Source: Macrostomum lignano (Eukaryota). Taken from it: DNA of 64,000 bases. Under the pieces are notes generated by a model. The model was not told the DNA's origin, did no database searches, and saw nothing but the letters and a program-made list of their open reading frames with translations. A program made the position numbers and the translations under genes. The DNA lies in assembly GCA_002269645.1 (NCBI GenBank), contig NIVC01000222.1, positions 62,001 through 126,000 of the forward strand. Reading direction: 5' to 3'. This document shows, piece after piece, positions 59,236 to 64,000 of this stretch; the first letter of the stretch is position 1, and each line of letters starts with the position of its first letter.

Positions 59236-59806
59236 ATCTAGAACTGGATACTATGGTTGCTAAGGAGATCTAAAACTAAATAGCTTGGTTGCCAAGGAGA
59301 TCTTGAGCTGGATGCTATGGTTGCCAAGGAGATCTTGAACTGGATGCTATGGTTGCCAAGGAGATCTAGAAATGGATACTATGGTTGCCAAGGAGATCTA
59401 AAACTAAATAGCTTGGTTGCCAAGGAGATCTTGAGCTGGATGCTATGGTTGCCAAGGAGATCTTGAGCTGGATGCTATGGTTGCCAAGGAGATCTTGAAC
59501 TATGCTATGGTTGCCAAGGAGATCTAGACTGGATGCTATGGTTGCTAAGGAGATCTTGAACCGGATGCTATGGTTGCCAAGGAGATCCTTGGCTATGGTT
59601 GCCAAGGAGATCTTGAGCTGGATGCTATGGTTGCCAAGGAGATCTAGAACTGTATGCTATGGTTGCCAAGGAGATCTAGAACTGTATGCTATGGTTGCCA
59701 AGGAGATCTAGAACTGTATGCTATGGTTGCCAAGGAGATCTAGACTGGATGCTATGGTTGCTAAGGAGATCTTGAACCGGATGCTATGGTTGCCAAGGAG
59801 ATCTCT
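59236..59806. repeat. 31/32-bp minisatellite (GGATGCTATGGTTGCCAAGGAGATCTTGAGCT), ~18 copies
   Basis: Period 32 (59310, 59342); located between the convergent CPPED1 and BTB 3' ends. Confidence 0.92.
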
Positions 59807-60328
59807 AAAACTGAATACTGTGGTTGTCAAAACCATTTTGAAATATAAATTGGTAGTCAAGAAGCTCCTTGTAGCCTGTGAAATTTGCACTAATAGGACT
59901 ATAAAATTTGGCAGCCAAGATCCTCCGGGTCACGTAAGGTCTAGATTTTGTATCGAAGAATTTTTCTTCAATTTTTACTTTTGAAAACTAGTTTTCTTCG
60001 TTCCTGGTTTCTCGTATGGGTTAGTGTTTCAACTAGCACCTGTGCATATTCAGAAAAGAAATAGTTTTATTCCAGATTATGTTCAAAACAAATTGAATCA
60101 ATAATGTTCGATTGGTTCGTATATATTCGCTACCGCATATTGTGTATTTATGCATTCAATCAAATTTATCGTTGCCAAAAAAGTAAATTGTGTCGAGTAA
60201 TTGATTTCAATATTTGTGATTTTTCTATTAGTAAATTTGTTTTTTAATTCATTGATATTTGCTGGATTGTAGGAGACAATAGGAAACAGTATGTTTTTAT
60301 GAAAAATCACAGCGGTCAAAAAAGTTTA

Positions 60329-61510
60329 TTATTGATTGCTCCCAGCTTCCATTAGCTTCATCCTGGCCAAGGCCAGCGCGCATTTGTCCTCCTTGTCCAT
60401 CCGGTGAAACGCGTCGTTGCCTAAAATTTTTTCAACGCTCCATTTTGTTAGACGATTTAGGCAGACGGATTCCAGCTGTTGGCAATTGTAAGTTCTGGCT
60501 AGCGCGTAGCCTTCCATTGGGCAGGGTAGGTCAGATTCCACTGTGCCAGCATCGCAACTGTAATGCTGATGATGCTGGGCGTAGGAGCTGACAATAAGTT
60601 CCTCGGCCGTCTCCTTGATATGATCAATCTGGTATTCATCAGCTAGAACTAGTATGGCCGGGGCCAGGCGTAAACTCAATCTGCGAGGCGTTGCCGGCTG
60701 CAATAGTAACAGTAGTTCTTCAATTTCAATGGCTGATTTACCTGGCAGCCTAATTAGACGTTTAGAATATGATTGAGTCTCGTCTTGCTCCTTAGTAACT
60801 GTCACTAGGCTTGCCTGGCTAATTATTTTAGCGAATACTGGTGAAGCCATCGTTAACAGATCGCAGAACGTGTGAAATCGTTTGCCTTCGACTTCGACTA
60901 TTAGGTTACTGTCGGGATTATGTCCAGTCTCGGACAGGTCCGTTAACCGGACAGTCTTCTTCGGACTGGCCCCCAGAGGACAAGTTTGAGTAGACCTACT
61001 AGAGTAGTGCAGATTCTCCGGCGGAAACCAATCGCTGTGTACAATGTCGAAGTCTACCAAGATTCGATAGCGATCCTTATAGTTGGCATCGTGTCGCACA
61101 AGATCCTTGCGTACCCAGAATAGTGTCGCTTCAAATTTATTAGTCCAGATGCTCAGCTTAGATTGGAATGCTAATTCTTTCCAAGCGTTCTCTTTGCATA
61201 GGTATTTACAGCGCAACAGCAGGTGGCACACTCGCAATGGAAATACTGTTTTAATTCTTAAATAGAAGAGTCTCCTCTGGCCTTCTAATAGACAGTGCAT
61301 CGAGCAGACCAGATTCTCAGCGGCGGATTTTAGCTCGCGAGTTTCCAAATCCTCAGACAATGGCAAATTCAAAGAGAAATCAATTAGGCGCTTTGCTGTG
61401 CACCAGCTTCCATTGTCAGGTACGTAGAACTGCGCCTGTAATGGGTGTAGGAATGCTGTTGACAAGCGACTCTCTTCGTGCTGTCTTTTGCTCGCCTTCG
61501 CGTCCTGCAT
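60329..61510 (-). CDS. Intronless BTB/POZ-domain protein, 393 aa
   Basis: SNLIVEVEGKRFHTFCDLLTMASPVFAKII..IRLPGKSAIEIEELLLLL..ILVLADEYQIDHIKETAEELI is a BTB signature in the C-terminal half. Confidence 0.85.
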   Translation of the reverse strand: MQDAKASKRQHEESRLSTAFLHPLQAQFYVPDNGSWCTAKRLIDFSLNLPLSEDLETRELKSAAENLVCSMHCLLEGQRRLFYLRIKTVFPLRVCHLLLRCKYLCKENAWKELAFQSKLSIWTNKFEATLFWVRKDLVRHDANYKDRYRILVDFDIVHSDWFPPENLHYSSRSTQTCPLGASPKKTVRLTDLSETGHNPDSNLIVEVEGKRFHTFCDLLTMASPVFAKIISQASLVTVTKEQDETQSYSKRLIRLPGKSAIEIEELLLLLQPATPRRLSLRLAPAILVLADEYQIDHIKETAEELIVSSYAQHHQHYSCDAGTVESDLPCPMEGYALARTYNCQQLESVCLNRLTKWSVEKILGNDAFHRMDKEDKCALALARMKLMEAGSNQ

Positions 61511-62457
61511 ACTTGGTGTTGGATGTTATACACTGTCCCCGTGGTTTGCTTTGCTAAGCTTGAATGGGCTTATATAGTTGTAGCTAGGGGTGCCTATTCC
61601 TGCTCGCCATTGATCAGTCATCATCATTCCCTATTCAAAACCGAGCCATTCACAGCTGGATGCTCAATCTTCTGGGGTTAATTAGTTTACTCCTCTTCCC
61701 CCTTTCCCTTCCTCTATACTACCGCTTCGTTGCTCCACGCGACTAATTATATTTTTTAATCCAATCCGGAACGCAAGAGAGAGGATCACGCGTTCCGACG
61801 TTGTTACTGAGGATTCTCGGCTGAATAGTCGCCTAGTATGCTAATTAAATCATAAAAAGCTCCTATACCAAAAAAACAACTTTGATCTGAATAGTCACGA
61901 AAGCGCGGCGCGATGGTAGTCAATTTTTGTATCAAATATATGTATATTTACGAGTTATGTTGCCTAATTGAGTCAAGGCCGTTTATCAAAGCATAAATTC
62001 ATGCTTACGTCGTATGTTAAGCAGAATTCGAAGCGGTTAGTACCCAACTAATTAGTCTCAGCTCCGGTTTACACTGGTGATGGGATAACTCCGTACGACC
62101 AATATCTCAAAATCTTTTGTCAAATTAAGCTGACACACTCGCCCGTGAAGGTTGTCTTGTGATGCACGACCGCCCTCCCCAAGGCACTGTACTCAAGGTC
62201 TGTACATGCCTAATGATTATAAAGTCTAAAAGACCTACTTAGAGTATCCGGGCGCTGGAACGTGCTCAAGAGTCGGACGATTTCGTCAAAAGCTTTGCGT
62301 CAGGGTGCCCACAATCCCCTTGCCAGTATATTATCTTTGTTTTTGTTATGATTTCAACTACTGACAGTAAGTAGTATGCATTCCGATAACAATTTATGTC
62401 GGTGCAATAGTCGGCTAAGTCAATTAAATCAATAAAGAACCAGTTTATCTGCTGTCC

Positions 62458-62871
62458 ATGTCCTCCTACTCCATGCCAACAATGGACTCTAGCTGCACTT
62501 TAATAGTTCACGGTTTGCCGCACAATACAACGCCAGACATCTTGGCTAAACAAATGGGCCGCTGGGGACAAGTTGATCGAGTCTTACTCTGTCCGGATCC
62601 CGGCTACGTGCATGCCGACACTCTGGGATCTCTGGTTGGCCCTCTGTGGGCTCTAGTAGCCTATGTTGATCCTGCTTCAGCTGTGGAAGCCTTGAACTCT
62701 TGCCAGGAGTCTAATGTATTTCAACTCCGCCGATATCGATCGCCCACTGATCCGCCGTTTGATGAGGCTAGCGATGGCCAGCTGATGATGCCTAACGCTG
62801 CTGGGGCTTCGGCTACGCCGACTCTAACTGGTCAACTCGAACTTCTGCGCGCTAAATGCGCTGAACTGCAG
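62458..62871 (+). CDS. Exon 1 of an RRM-like / coiled-coil protein gene
   Basis: TLIVHGLPHNTTPDILAKQMGRWGQVDRVLL..WALVAYVDPASAVEAL follows the RRM pattern; donor CAG|GTGAGT in phase 0. Confidence 0.7.
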
Positions 62872-63007
62872 GTGAGTGGGGCTGGCCGTTGGTGGAATCT
62901 CCTCATATTTTACCTACATAAAAAGCTTTACAGAAATCAATAATGAAACCACTCAAATACAAATGTACCAATAAATACCAATATACCAATAAATCAAATC
63001 AAATATT

Positions 63008-63388
63008 AATCCCTAATGACCTCGGGTAGACTGAAATGATCCCTAATAACCTCAAGCGGACTAAAGTAGTCCCTAATGACCCCAGATAGACTAAAATAAT
63101 CCCTAATGACCCCAGATAGACTAAAATAATCCCTAACGACCCCAGATAGACTAAAATAATCCCTAATTGACCCCAGATTGACTGAAATGATCCCTAATGA
63201 CCCCAGATAGACTAAAATAGTCCCTAATGGCCCCAGATGGACTAGAATAATCCCTAATGACCCCAGAAGGACTAAAAAAAATTCCCTAATGACCCCAGAT
63301 AGACTGAAATAATCCCTAATGATCCCAGAGAGACTTAAATAATCCCTAATGACTCCAGATGGACTGAAATAATCCCTAAAGACCTCGA
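63008..63388. repeat. Intronic 30-bp minisatellite (AATCCCTAATGACCCCAGATAGACTAAAAT), ~12 copies
   Basis: Direct reading. Confidence 0.92.
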
Positions 63389-63500
63389 ATTAGCAAAAAG
63401 CGAGCTTTAAGTCCTGATAAACCTCAAATGTAAAGTAGAAGAATAAAAATAGCCTATCAAGAATACAGGCACAATTCTTTGCTTCCACATTTTCATCCAG

Positions 63501-63807
63501 GCTGAGAACCAACGCCTAGCCAGCGCAGTCTACGACAAAGACAAAACCACACGCCTCCTGCTAGCCAACGTTGAAGCCTGGAAGCAGAAGCTCGACTGCG
63601 TTGAAAAGAGCAAAGCCCAAGACGTGCAGCGTCTGCAATCCTTCATACAAGATCTAGATCGTATCGGTGAGCAGCTGGTTGGCGGCATCGGGGCGATGCG
63701 GATGCAACTAGAGGAGCGTCGAGCTGCCGAAATGGCCATGCAGGCTGGCCTGCGCCGCCTGCAGGAGTTGGAGAGGGAAAATGCTACTCTGCTGAGTATC
63801 CTGCATG
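63501..63807 (+). CDS. Exon 2 of the RRM-like / coiled-coil gene (coiled coil); the gene probably continues past the window
   Basis: Acceptor TTTTCATCCAG in phase 0; AENQRLASAVYDKDK..LRRLQELERENATLLSILH; donor G|GTGAGT. Confidence 0.75.
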
Positions 63808-63810
63808 GTG

Positions 63811-63992
63811 AGTGTACTTACCCCACTTCCCAGTGTACTCGGTGAGACACCCACCCCACTCAGCAGTGTACTCTGTGAGACACCCACCCCACTCCCCAGT
63901 TTACTCAGTGAGACACCCACCCCACTCCCCAGTGTACTCAGTGAGACACCCACCCCACTCCCCAGTGTACTCAGTGAGACACCCACCCCACC
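63811..63992. repeat. Intronic 33-bp minisatellite (AGTGTACTCAGTGAGACACCCACCCCACTCCCC), ~5.5 copies
   Basis: Direct reading; it begins within the donor site. Confidence 0.9.
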
Positions 63993-64000
63993 TCTAAGTG

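Overview
Eukaryotic (animal) genomic DNA with spliceosomal GT-AG introns. The mix of GC-rich exons and minisatellite-filled introns suggests a flatworm such as Macrostomum; this is inference, not a database result. The main feature is a 9-exon gene (ATG 8378, hand-built model with all intron phases consistent). It joins a partial plakin domain (spectrin-like repeats plus the plakin-type SH3) to one ~21.4-kb exon carrying roughly 130 Cys-containing 46/57-aa tandem repeats in higher-order arrays. The protein is 5,324 aa to a TAA at 31650, or about 7,600 aa if that stop and the downstream indels are errors. The window opens with the 3' end of a tandem relative that has near-identical repeats but a different C-terminus. 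Downstream lie transposon remnants (hAT MITEs, CRE-like, Gypsy-like, LINE fragments) and a CPPED1 orthologue. Its 8.9-kb intron holds two tandem Helitron/HINE-like elements carrying satellites, with an orphan SLC10 exon fragment between them. The window ends with an intronless BTB gene head-to-head with an RRM-like/coiled-coil gene. No rRNA, true tRNA or CRISPR array was found. All homology calls come from motif recognition by eye; copy numbers are hand estimates.
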